This document shows, in pieces, positions 9,847 through 17,623 of a DNA stretch of 20,296 nucleotides. How positions within the stretch are numbered: position 1 is the stretch's first letter; every line of letters starts with the position of its first letter. The notes below the pieces were generated by a model. It did not search any database. It saw only the letters and a list, made by a program, of their open reading frames with translations, and had not been told where the DNA came from. Both the position numbers and the translations under genes were made by a program. The stretch comes from Opitutales bacterium. GTDB taxonomy: Bacteria > Verrucomicrobiota > Verrucomicrobiia > Opitutales > Coraliomargaritaceae. The stretch is from assembly GCA_049598495.1 (NCBI GenBank), contig JBMYNR010000029.1:1-20296 (forward strand). Reading direction: 5' to 3'.

Positions 9847-9859
9847 GGCAGTGTCTGCC

Positions 9860-10636
9860 TTAGGGAATCCGAATCTCCTGACCAACACGGATCGCGTTTT
9901 CACTCGAAATCCGGTCGCGGTTGGCTTGAAAAATGTCGATCCACCGAGAGGTCGTTCCATAAAACCGATTGCTAATGGTGCTCAAGGTATCCCCCGATTG
10001 CACCGTGTAGCTTCGCGGTGCTGCACTCGGACTGGGCAACTGCGGATCCGGCGCCACCGATGCCTGAGTCTGGATACGAACAGTCGGTGCCTGATTGACC
10101 GGAGTCGAGCGGCGCGCCTGCCCCAGCACATTCTCAAGTTGCTGCACCCGGGCGTTGGCAGCCATCAGTTCTCTTTTCAAACTGTCATTCTCCTGCTTAA
10201 GACTCTTCACTAAGTCCATGAGGTCGATCCGATCCAGCTCCCCTTCGTAAGGCTGCGCAGGCAGTTGGCGGGCAAACTCCTTTTGCGCCGTTTCAATAAG
10301 CTGGCGGACTTGACTGGCCTGCGGCGACTGGGGCTTGAATTGAAGGTAACGGTCGAAATGGTAGATCGCTCGAATCGGATCCTTCAAGGTGCGCAGATAA
10401 ATGTAGCCGGCTTCCAGATGAGACTCCGGAGCGTCGCGACGCACGTCAACCACCCGGAGAAAAGCACCCAGTGCTTCCTCCATCCGGCCCTGACTCTTAT
10501 AGTCCTGTCCGAGCTGGTATTGTTTTTCGTCCGACTCGCTGACAATCTCCACCCCACTCGGCGTGCACCCGGCCAAGGCCCAGAGCACCCAGAGGAGAAT
10601 CGAGCAGCTGATATATGGGGTGCAAACGCGAGCCAT
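9860..10636 (-). CDS. Lipoprotein with TPR, coiled coil and C-terminal LysM peptidoglycan-binding domain
   Basis: Lipobox LAGC, TPR-like helices (AIYHFDRYLQFKP) and LysM YTVQSGDTLSTISNRFYG...IFQANRD...IRVGQEIRIP. Confidence 0.88.
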   Translation of the reverse strand: MARVCTPYISCSILLWVLWALAGCTPSGVEIVSESDEKQYQLGQDYKSQGRMEEALGAFLRVVDVRRDAPESHLEAGYIYLRTLKDPIRAIYHFDRYLQFKPQSPQASQVRQLIETAQKEFARQLPAQPYEGELDRIDLMDLVKSLKQENDSLKRELMAANARVQQLENVLGQARRSTPVNQAPTVRIQTQASVAPDPQLPSPSAAPRSYTVQSGDTLSTISNRFYGTTSRWIDIFQANRDRISSENAIRVGQEIRIP

Positions 10637-10745
10637 GCTTTAGTGTGTTAAAACCGCGCCCTATCTCGTCAACGCTATTCGATTTTGGACGGTGCGCTCA
10701 TTCAATCCCCGAATACCACCGATCCTGTCCGCTCAACGGAAACAT

Positions 10746-11331
10746 GGACGGCTTCCGACTTCGCAAAAGCTAGGTCGGCGGGCTCATCGGCGTCACTGCC
10801 GATGCTTGTAGGTTATAGAGCGTAAGCTGGATGAAGACTCCGCGCATCCTAAGGGTTGGCGTGCGCCCTTCAGGGCGTCCGGCAGTAAGCCTACCCGTCT
10901 CAACTGCTACTTCCCTTTCGCAATTTAGAATCACAAGCTAAGCTCTACAGCCTCCGCCGCTTCGCTGAATCTTATTTCCCCCTTACTTTGACGATGAACC
11001 GCAATTTTTAGCGAAGATTGAACAGTTGGAAGATGCACGCTTCACAGAAGCCAAGTCTTTCGGGCGTTCCTCGGGCAGGTGTAGCGATGCGACGCCAGTC
11101 GCGTCGACGTATGAAGAGCTCCGAACAGACGGAGGCGCTTGTCCGTCGACCTTGCTAGCGCAAGTTCGCTACCTCGTGCCGGATATAGCGATTGAACGCT
11201 TTCTAAAATGGAATCAGACGGCCTAAAGGCAGAACTCCAACAAAGCTCCACGCATCCTAAGGTTGGAGTGCGCCCTTTAGGGCGTCCGTCCCTGTCTTTG
11301 CGACCAGCTCAGACTTTAGGGCAGATGGTAT
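10746..11331. repeat. Intergenic stack of palindromic repeats: 24-nt double-GNA core (10755-10778), hairpin (10785-10804), TGGAG palindromes, GTAG REP doublet (11081-11172)
   Basis: Most units match copies elsewhere in the window (6849-6992, 15502-15525, 19471-19613, 19807-19830). Confidence 0.75.
11081..11172. repeat. Inverted GTAG REP doublet (REPIN/BIME-like)
   Basis: GTAG-CGATGCGAC-GCCA-GTCGCGTCG (+, 11081-11106) and GTAG-CGAACTTGC-GCTA-GCAAGGTCG (-, 11147-11172). Confidence 0.75.
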
Positions 11332-11531
11332 CATCAGTCGATGCGATTCGTCAGAGAGATTCCCCTGAATCAAGGGAGCCAGCGCGATGGCGCGCACCTG
11401 CGATGAGAACCGGCAAACCACCTGCCACATCGAGCGCACCACCCCAAAGCAAGTCCACATCCCCTACTTCTCAGTATTCCAGGCCGACAGCAAAAAGTAA
11501 ACTGTAAGCGAGGCAACCGCCGAACGATTGA

Positions 11532-12035
11532 ATGAATATGAAATACGCTCTCTTATCCATCATGCTTCTGACCTTTCTTAACAACATACTTTCCGCTAAT
11601 CCGATCGCGCTGGGAACGCCCCCTCCTGAGTTGACCGCGATCAACGAACTCGGTGAAGCCATTGACCTGGGAGCCGAACTCTCGACGGGCACCGCACTTG
11701 TCTTTTTCTATCCAAAAGCGATGACTCCGGGTTGCACGAAGCAGGCCTGCAGTCTGCGCGATGCTTGGTCCGAACTACAGGCACGTGAGGTGAAAATTTT
11801 TGGTATTTCTTCAGACATGGCCAAAACCCAGGCCGAATTCAAAGACCGCTACCGTCTGCCTTTTACATTGATCGCCGATACGGACGGCAAAGTGAGCAGT
11901 GCCTTTGGCAAGGGCCGCTGGAGTCGACACGCCTATATCTTCAAGGATGGCAAACTTGCCTGGAGCGATCTAAGCGCGGCGACCAGCAAACAGGCGGAAG
12001 AAGTAATCGCAGCACTGGACGCTCTCGAAAAATAG
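11532..12035 (+). CDS. bcp: Peroxiredoxin, BCP/PrxQ family, with signal peptide
   Basis: FFYPKAMTPGCTKQACSLRD (PxxxTxxC plus resolving Cys), LPFTLIADTDG; hydrophobic N-terminal leader. Confidence 0.9.
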   Translation: MNMKYALLSIMLLTFLNNILSANPIALGTPPPELTAINELGEAIDLGAELSTGTALVFFYPKAMTPGCTKQACSLRDAWSELQAREVKIFGISSDMAKTQAEFKDRYRLPFTLIADTDGKVSSAFGKGRWSRHAYIFKDGKLAWSDLSAATSKQAEEVIAALDALEK

Positions 12036-12060
12036 CGCTTTCGCTTCAGGATAACGAAAT

Positions 12061-12126
12061 ATATCCACGGCACTCCGTTGCCGTGTCGGCATGCACAAAC
12101 GCCTCAACAGAGTGAGGCGGCTACAT
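12061..12126. repeat. REP doublet between convergent bcp and opcA
   Basis: CCACGGCA..C.GTTGCCGTG...AAACGCCTCAACAGAGTGAGGCGGCTACAT; near-identical copy at 19679-19746. Confidence 0.8.
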
Positions 12127-12159
12127 CGTTTAACCTCACTCAACTAAACGAAGAACGCA

Positions 12160-13146
12160 CTAGAAAAATAGCGCTTCCGCGATCGCCTGGTCCGCGCTCA
12201 ACGCTTTGATCCGGGTGGTGATCCGATCAGTCGACTTGCCGAGCGAGTCTTCAATCTCTCCGATCATGCCCTCGCTCGGTTTACGCCATTTGAAGCTGCG
12301 CTCGTCCGTATAGCTGAGCTCAAGAGACAGCGCACATTCGGCGTCCTTGCTCCCGCATTCTTCAACCGTGTAGACCGCCTTCATTGAAGAGGCGTCTTCG
12401 CAAGTCGTACACTCGCCAAGACAGTCTTTGATCCAATCCATCAAGCGCACCCCCTCGCCCGACATCGATTCACCGTAGCGCACCGTTACCGACACGAGGT
12501 TTTTGCACAAGGCCTTCATCGTGTATCCACTGAGGTATTGCCCGATCGCTTGACGCACTGGAAGGAGCCGCGCCGTGGCGAGATCCGCTACCTGATCGGG
12601 ATTCGGCCAATCCAACTGACTTAAATCTTCCGACTCATAGGTGCTGTCGTATATCGAGCGCCTGACTCCCGTGAGTAGATTGCCGAAATACGCTTGTATG
12701 CGGGCTCCAGGAACGCCGCAGAACCAGTGATAACTCGGTAAATCCGGCTCGAGCCAAACCGACACCTGATTCGCGAGAAAGCCGCAATTGTCCGGCTGAT
12801 AGCCGAGAAGCAGTGCTTCGCAGCAGCACATTTCCCTGTGCGAATCACCAATGTAGCACTGACTGAAGAGCTTCGCCCGCATGGACCCATCTGTGATACT
12901 ACGCGTGGGGCACAGGACAATGATCCGGCTCGGGTAACGCTGTGCAAACTTCAAAAGCGTTTCGAATCGTTCGGTCGCCTGCTCCGCACTCACCTCCCAG
13001 CCAAAATGAAGCACGACATTCATCTGCGAGGCACGAAACGCGGAAGGTGAGCCGGTCGCATCACTCTCCCACATCCGTTCCAAGCGATGAGTCACCTCAC
13101 CGACAGGCAGGTCGATCCCGAGAAAAACATCTATTAAATCGGTCAT
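12160..13146 (-). CDS. opcA: Glucose-6-phosphate dehydrogenase assembly protein OpcA
   Basis: RASQMNVVL, YPSRIIVLCP, CCCE, LEPDLPSYHW, DLATARLLPVRQAI; downstream of zwf. Confidence 0.85.
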   Translation of the reverse strand: MTDLIDVFLGIDLPVGEVTHRLERMWESDATGSPSAFRASQMNVVLHFGWEVSAEQATERFETLLKFAQRYPSRIIVLCPTRSITDGSMRAKLFSQCYIGDSHREMCCCEALLLGYQPDNCGFLANQVSVWLEPDLPSYHWFCGVPGARIQAYFGNLLTGVRRSIYDSTYESEDLSQLDWPNPDQVADLATARLLPVRQAIGQYLSGYTMKALCKNLVSVTVRYGESMSGEGVRLMDWIKDCLGECTTCEDASSMKAVYTVEECGSKDAECALSLELSYTDERSFKWRKPSEGMIGEIEDSLGKSTDRITTRIKALSADQAIAEALFF

Positions 13147-13194
13147 GCGAAAATCCTCATTGAGAAGAAAGGGTCGGGCTTAAGAGCGCTAGCC

Positions 13195-13343
13195 GTAGCA
13201 CGCCGACGACGGAGCACGGCAGTACGTAGATGGCGAAGCCCGAAGGGAGAATGAAGCGGGCGCCCCTCGGGCAGCTGAATGAACACAATCGGTGTGTTGG
13301 ATGGTTAAGTCGGCAACAACACTGGCTATCGCCAGCGTTCTAC
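13195..13343 (+). repeat. GTAG REP doublet; left REP carries the 76-nt insertion (copy 3), right REP is empty
   Basis: GTAGCACGCCGACGA [13210-13285] CAATCGGTGTG. Partner 13318-13343 reads GTAGAACGCTGGCGATAGCCAGTGTT on the minus strand. Confidence 0.85.
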
Positions 13344-13391
13344 AAGCCTCTGAGTGAATCTTCATTGTCTAAATAGCTTATCCGAATTCCA

Positions 13392-14945
13392 TTAGCCGGA
13401 CCGGCGCCACTGATGCCGGCGCTCCGCGAGCAGTTGCTCACTCTCCTGGGGACCCCACGAACCGGCAGCGTAATCCATCAATCCATCCGCGCCGCACGCT
13501 TCCCAGTGTTTGAGGACGGGCGTGACCAGTTTCCACGACGCCTCTGTCTCATCTCCACGGATAAAAAGCGTGCTGTCCCCAATCATCGCATCGAGGATCA
13601 ATCGTTCGTAAGCCTCGGGCGTATTGGAGCCAAAGGTTGTGGAATAGCGGAAGTGCATCTTCACAGGCTGCGTGCGTGTCTCCAGGCCCGGAATCTTTGA
13701 GTTCATGACGATCGTAACACCCTCATCAGGCTGGATACTAATCACCATCGTGTTGGGCGCCACGTTAAACTTATCTCCTTCGGAAAAAAGAATACCGGGC
13801 GGGCGCTTGAATTGGATGGCAATCTCACTCGCGCGACGGGCCATTCGCTTACCCGAGCGGATATAGAACGGGACACCTTGCCAGCGCCAATTGTTGATCG
13901 CAAGACGCATCGCCGCATAGGTCTCCGTGCTGGAGTCTTCCGGGATACCCGTTTCTTCTATATAGCCCTTTACCGGCTCTCCCTTAACCAAGCCACTCGT
14001 ATAGCGCCCGCGAATCACGTCGCCACCATCGGCCTCCAGATTGAGCGGCTGGATTGCCTTGATCACCTTAACTTTCTCATCACGGATCCCCTCCGGATCG
14101 AGAGAGACCGGCGGCTCCATGGCCGTCAACGCAACCAACTGCATGGTATGATTTTGAATCATATCTCGCAGCGCACCGCTCGAATCATAATAACCGCCGC
14201 GTGAGCCCACCCCGAGGCTCTCGGCCACGGTGATCTGCACGCAATCAATATACTCGCGGTTCCAAAGCGGCTCAAAGATCGAGTTACTGAAGCGCTGCAC
14301 AAGTAAGTCCTGAACGGTCTCTTTTCCAAGATAGTGGTCGATTCGATAGACCTGAGGTTCCTCGAAGACACTGTTGATCACAGAATTCAGCTCATGGGCG
14401 GATTCTAGATCACGACCGAAAGGTTTCTCAATGACCACCTTGGAGGCGAGCTTTGTACCTACATGCGCTTGAGCCATCCCGCTCCGACCCAGATTCAAAA
14501 TGATCGATTCAAAGACACTCGGGGGCGTCGAGACATAGAACAAACGTTGCACATCACGGCCGAGACCTGACTCGATCGCATTGATTTTCTCGGCGAGCGA
14601 ATCGTAGGCAGCCTGCTCATCGTATCCACCCGAGTGATAAGTCATGTTGTGGCGGACGCGCTCCCAAATCTCCTTACTGAGAGGTCGCCGCGAATGCTCC
14701 CCAATGGCCTCGTCCATCATAGATCGAAACTCCTCGTCGGGAATCGGCTTGCGCCCAAAACCGATGAGGTGGAACTCGCCCGGCAGCAAATTATCCACCC
14801 CAAGATTGAAGATGGCCGGCACAAGCTTGCGTGCGGTCAAATCGCCCGAGGCGCCAAAGATGACAACAACGGTCGGCGGCGCTCCGCGATGTTTGCTTAG
14901 ACCCTTTAAAAACGGGTGTCTTATTTCTTCAGATTCCTGGCTCAT
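13392..14945 (-). CDS. zwf: Glucose-6-phosphate 1-dehydrogenase
   Basis: IFGASGDLTARKL, EKPFG, RIDHYLGKE, RDMIQNH, RWQGVPFYIRSGKR. Confidence 0.98.
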   Translation of the reverse strand: MSQESEEIRHPFLKGLSKHRGAPPTVVVIFGASGDLTARKLVPAIFNLGVDNLLPGEFHLIGFGRKPIPDEEFRSMMDEAIGEHSRRPLSKEIWERVRHNMTYHSGGYDEQAAYDSLAEKINAIESGLGRDVQRLFYVSTPPSVFESIILNLGRSGMAQAHVGTKLASKVVIEKPFGRDLESAHELNSVINSVFEEPQVYRIDHYLGKETVQDLLVQRFSNSIFEPLWNREYIDCVQITVAESLGVGSRGGYYDSSGALRDMIQNHTMQLVALTAMEPPVSLDPEGIRDEKVKVIKAIQPLNLEADGGDVIRGRYTSGLVKGEPVKGYIEETGIPEDSSTETYAAMRLAINNWRWQGVPFYIRSGKRMARRASEIAIQFKRPPGILFSEGDKFNVAPNTMVISIQPDEGVTIVMNSKIPGLETRTQPVKMHFRYSTTFGSNTPEAYERLILDAMIGDSTLFIRGDETEASWKLVTPVLKHWEACGADGLMDYAAGSWGPQESEQLLAERRHQWRRSG

Positions 14946-15391
14946 ACTTGGCTTGTGTCGTGTTTTGGAAAGAGTGCCGCGTTGGCGTAGTGGCGGACGG
15001 TGCCCTCACCTTCGTGGGCAATGGCCACATCCACGATATCAAAACGGATGTGTTTTGGGGGATTTTGCAATTGATTAATGTAGGCCTTACATCCGCGTAG
15101 AAGCGCCTTCTTCTTGGAAGCAGACACCGAATGCACCCCCGATACGAGGGCATCCGCGGCCCGCGCACGCACTTCAAGGAAGACCAATACCTCGCCGTCC
15201 AGACAGATAAGATCGAGTTCATACCTCTTCCAGCGCCAGTTGCGGGCGATCACCCGGTAGCCCAGACGGTGCCTGCAATAGTCCGCTGCGAGATCTTCGC
15301 CAAACTGCCCACGCTCCGCCCGCGTGCTCCCCGGAGGGACCCGCTTGGGCCTCCGATAAAATATTTCAGCCAACCTATGAATAAAACTCAC
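14942..15391 (-). CDS. yraN: YraN family (UPF0102) PD-(D/E)xK nuclease
   Basis: GQFGEDLAADY, GYRVIARNWR, ELDLI, LVFLEVRAR, IRFDIV. GTG 15391 is preceded by AAGGA; 4-bp overlap with zwf. Confidence 0.9.
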   Translation of the reverse strand: MSFIHRLAEIFYRRPKRVPPGSTRAERGQFGEDLAADYCRHRLGYRVIARNWRWKRYELDLICLDGEVLVFLEVRARAADALVSGVHSVSASKKKALLRGCKAYINQLQNPPKHIRFDIVDVAIAHEGEGTVRHYANAALFPKHDTSQV

Positions 15392-15478
15392 GCCTTGTTC
15401 CTTAGCTGAAATTTCCCCGATCCACAATGAGCAAGTCAATCACCGAGCGGCGGCACCTATCAGGATTGCACGTGAAAG

Positions 15479-15581
15479 GTAGGGACGGATGCCCCCCGTG
15501 TCCGGCGTAGCTTCTGCGAAGCGGGAATCCGTCCGCAGGTCGCAACGCCAAACCCGGACGCCTGAGGGCAGGCGTCCCTAC
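15479..15581. repeat. GTAGGGACG REP doublet; left REP has a 30-nt loop insertion
   Basis: GTAG-GGACGGAT...ATCCGTCC (15479-15534). Partner GTAG-GGACGCCT-GCCCTC-AGGCGTCC (-, 15556-15581). Confidence 0.8.
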
Positions 15582-15647
15582 CATGGAATCCGTGAGAGAA
15601 CCCCTACCATTTGATTCCTTGCGATCCCATACTCGTGTGTCTCTCAT

Positions 15648-16721
15648 ATTGGCATCAAAACAAATTGTCATAACTCCCCTACACTCATCGTCGGCGCTGG
15701 ACTCGCCGGCTGTCTCCTCGCATGGCGACTTCTGCGTTCGGGAGAGGATGTTATCCTCCTAGGCAGCCGCAAATTGCCCAGCGCCTTCAGTGTGGCCGCA
15801 GGCGTCATCAACCCCGTCACCGGCCGATGGATGACCAAGACATGGAATGCGGACGAGATCCTGCCTGTTGCGGCGCGGACCTATCGCGAGATTGAAACCG
15901 CGCTCGGGGTTGAGGTGTATCACCCTATCCCGGAAATTCGCTTCTGCCAGAACGCGGAGGACGTCAAGCGAGTTGCGCGGCGCATGCGCAACCCGCGCTA
16001 TCAGGATGTTTTGGGCGCCTTTCTGGAGCCCGGCGACACGTCGTCTCAATTCAATGACGCATACGGTGCCTTTGAAATCAAGGGAGCCGCCTACGTCGAT
16101 CTCCCCCGCCTGGTGGAATCACTTCGTTCCGAGTTAAAAAAACGGGATCTATTTCGCGATGAGGTCTTCCGCCACGATGCACTCGAACAAGGCGAGGATG
16201 GCTGGGGCTATGGCGAAATTCACGCCGAGCGAGTGGTCTTCTGCGAAGGTGCGGCGACCTTGGAGAACCCTTGGTTCAAGCATGTGGCACTCAGGCCCGT
16301 AAAAGGGGAAACCCTCCTCTGTCAGAACGAGCAGCTCGACTTGGACGGCACACTCTATCAACACAAGAAATGGCTCTTACCCTACTCCAATGGACGGTTC
16401 CGTGTCGGCGCGAGCTATGACGAGGACGACTTGAACGCCGAACCAACGGCGGCCAAGCAAAAGGAATTACTAGAGGCCGTTGCAATCGCCGTGAAAACAC
16501 ATCACTCACCTAAGGTTGTCGAACACTTGGCCGGCATCCGTCCGAGCACGGCGGACAGTCGGCCCATCATCGGCGCCCATCCAACCGAAGCAGGGCTCTA
16601 TATCCTCAACGGTCTTGGTTCCAAGGGGGCCTCAACCGGCCCCGCGATGGTCGAAGCACTGGCAGCGCACCTGATCGAAGGAACGCCCATCGACCCCGAA
16701 ATTTGTATTTCCCGATTTTGA
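15648..16721 (+). CDS. FAD-dependent oxidoreductase, DAO/glycine oxidase/MnmC-oxidase-like; start uncertain
   Basis: In frame upstream of the track's TTG 15774 lies TLIVGAGLAGCLLAWRL (GxGxxG). Later motifs are VAAGVINP, PVKGE, VGASY, AGIRP...RPIIG and NGLGSKG. There is no canonical in-frame start before the Rossmann motif; ATT 15648 is shown tentatively. Confidence 0.8.
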   Translation: MGIKTNCHNSPTLIVGAGLAGCLLAWRLLRSGEDVILLGSRKLPSAFSVAAGVINPVTGRWMTKTWNADEILPVAARTYREIETALGVEVYHPIPEIRFCQNAEDVKRVARRMRNPRYQDVLGAFLEPGDTSSQFNDAYGAFEIKGAAYVDLPRLVESLRSELKKRDLFRDEVFRHDALEQGEDGWGYGEIHAERVVFCEGAATLENPWFKHVALRPVKGETLLCQNEQLDLDGTLYQHKKWLLPYSNGRFRVGASYDEDDLNAEPTAAKQKELLEAVAIAVKTHHSPKVVEHLAGIRPSTADSRPIIGAHPTEAGLYILNGLGSKGASTGPAMVEALAAHLIEGTPIDPEICISRF

Positions 16722-16737
16722 CCCATCCGAAGTAAAG

Positions 16738-16897
16738 GTAGGGCGGTTTGTCCCTAAACCGCCGTTCGCCATTTGATCACACATGCCATTCTCTATAATA
16801 TGGCTTCTGGGACCGCTTGCCGAACAGCACCCATGGGGGACCGACTCCGTCGGTCCGCAAACTCCCAACTAACCGGGCCGACAGAGTCGGTCCCCCA
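16738..16897. repeat. GTAG REP (16738-16763) plus inverted doublet TGGGGGACCGACTCYGTCGGYCC (16834-16897)
   Basis: GTAG-GGCGGTTT-GTCCCT-AAACCGCC. 16834-16856 and 16875-16897 are inverted copies of each other. Confidence 0.75.
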
Positions 16898-16919
16898 CTC
16901 TCCTTCCAAGCTCAGCACC

Positions 16920-17483
16920 ATGCGACTCACTGAACTAGCCCACCACATCCTCACCGAACATCTACAGGATGGCGACCGGGCCATTGATGCCACCGCCGGC
17001 AATGGGCACGACACCATTTTCCTCGCGAGGCAGGTAGGATCCGAAGGCAGTGTCATCGCCATTGACATTCAGGACGCCGCGATCGAGGCCACCCGCACAA
17101 GGCTGGAGCAGGCGAAGCTACTTACGCGGGTGACCCTTCGCGCCGGGGACCACGCTGACATCATGGAAGAGCTGGCTCTTAAGCATGCCGCCGAATTTGC
17201 GGCCATCATCTTTAACCTCGGTTACCTACCCGGCAGCGATCAAGGCGTCCAAACCCAACCGACAACAACGAGGCGGGCACTCCATGCTGCGCTCGAGTTA
17301 CTCCAGCCTTCGGGTCGACTCTGCGTCACCGCCTACCGTGCTCATCCGGGAGGTCTTGAAGAAGCTGCTACTGTGGAAGCGTGGATGCAGCAACAGAAGG
17401 CGAAAGGGCACAGCATAGAGGTCCACGTCCCACCTTCGGACAACAGCCCACCCATCCTCTGGGTGCTGACGAAGGCGGTTTAA
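16920..17483 (+). CDS. mnmM: Class I SAM-dependent methyltransferase, YtqB/MnmM family (probable tRNA nm5s2U34 methyltransferase)
   Basis: AIDATAGNGHDTIFLA, AIDIQ..AIEAT, FNLGYLPGSD and AYRAHPGGLEE are YtqB-family motifs. ATG 16920 is preferred; the track's upstream extension runs through repeats. Confidence 0.8.
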   Translation: MRLTELAHHILTEHLQDGDRAIDATAGNGHDTIFLARQVGSEGSVIAIDIQDAAIEATRTRLEQAKLLTRVTLRAGDHADIMEELALKHAAEFAAIIFNLGYLPGSDQGVQTQPTTTRRALHAALELLQPSGRLCVTAYRAHPGGLEEAATVEAWMQQQKAKGHSIEVHVPPSDNSPPILWVLTKAV

Positions 17484-17523
17484 CGGACACGAAAATCTTA
17501 CCACCCGTTCACTCGCATAGCGA

Positions 17524-17600
17524 ATTCACTGGAGGACACAAAGATGACACAGCCACCAACAACCCTCCTCTTCGTGCACTCCGTGTTCTTTGTGGTGAAA
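17524..17600. repeat. Degenerate inverted pair of CACCAC-(AGAACACGG)n-type low-complexity repeats
   Basis: TTCACTGGAGGACACAAAGATGACACAG (+) faces TTCACCACAAAGAACACGGAGTGCACGAAG (-). Confidence 0.4.
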
Positions 17601-17623
17601 TGAAGAATCGCATCGGCCCATCT

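Noticed and set aside
11026..11507. Small ORFs in the LysM-bcp spacer
   Set aside because: They overlap REP and TGGAG repeats, with no motifs or RBS support.
16773..16919. N-terminal extension of the methyltransferase
   Set aside because: It runs through an inverted repeat doublet; family-like sequence begins at ATG 16920.
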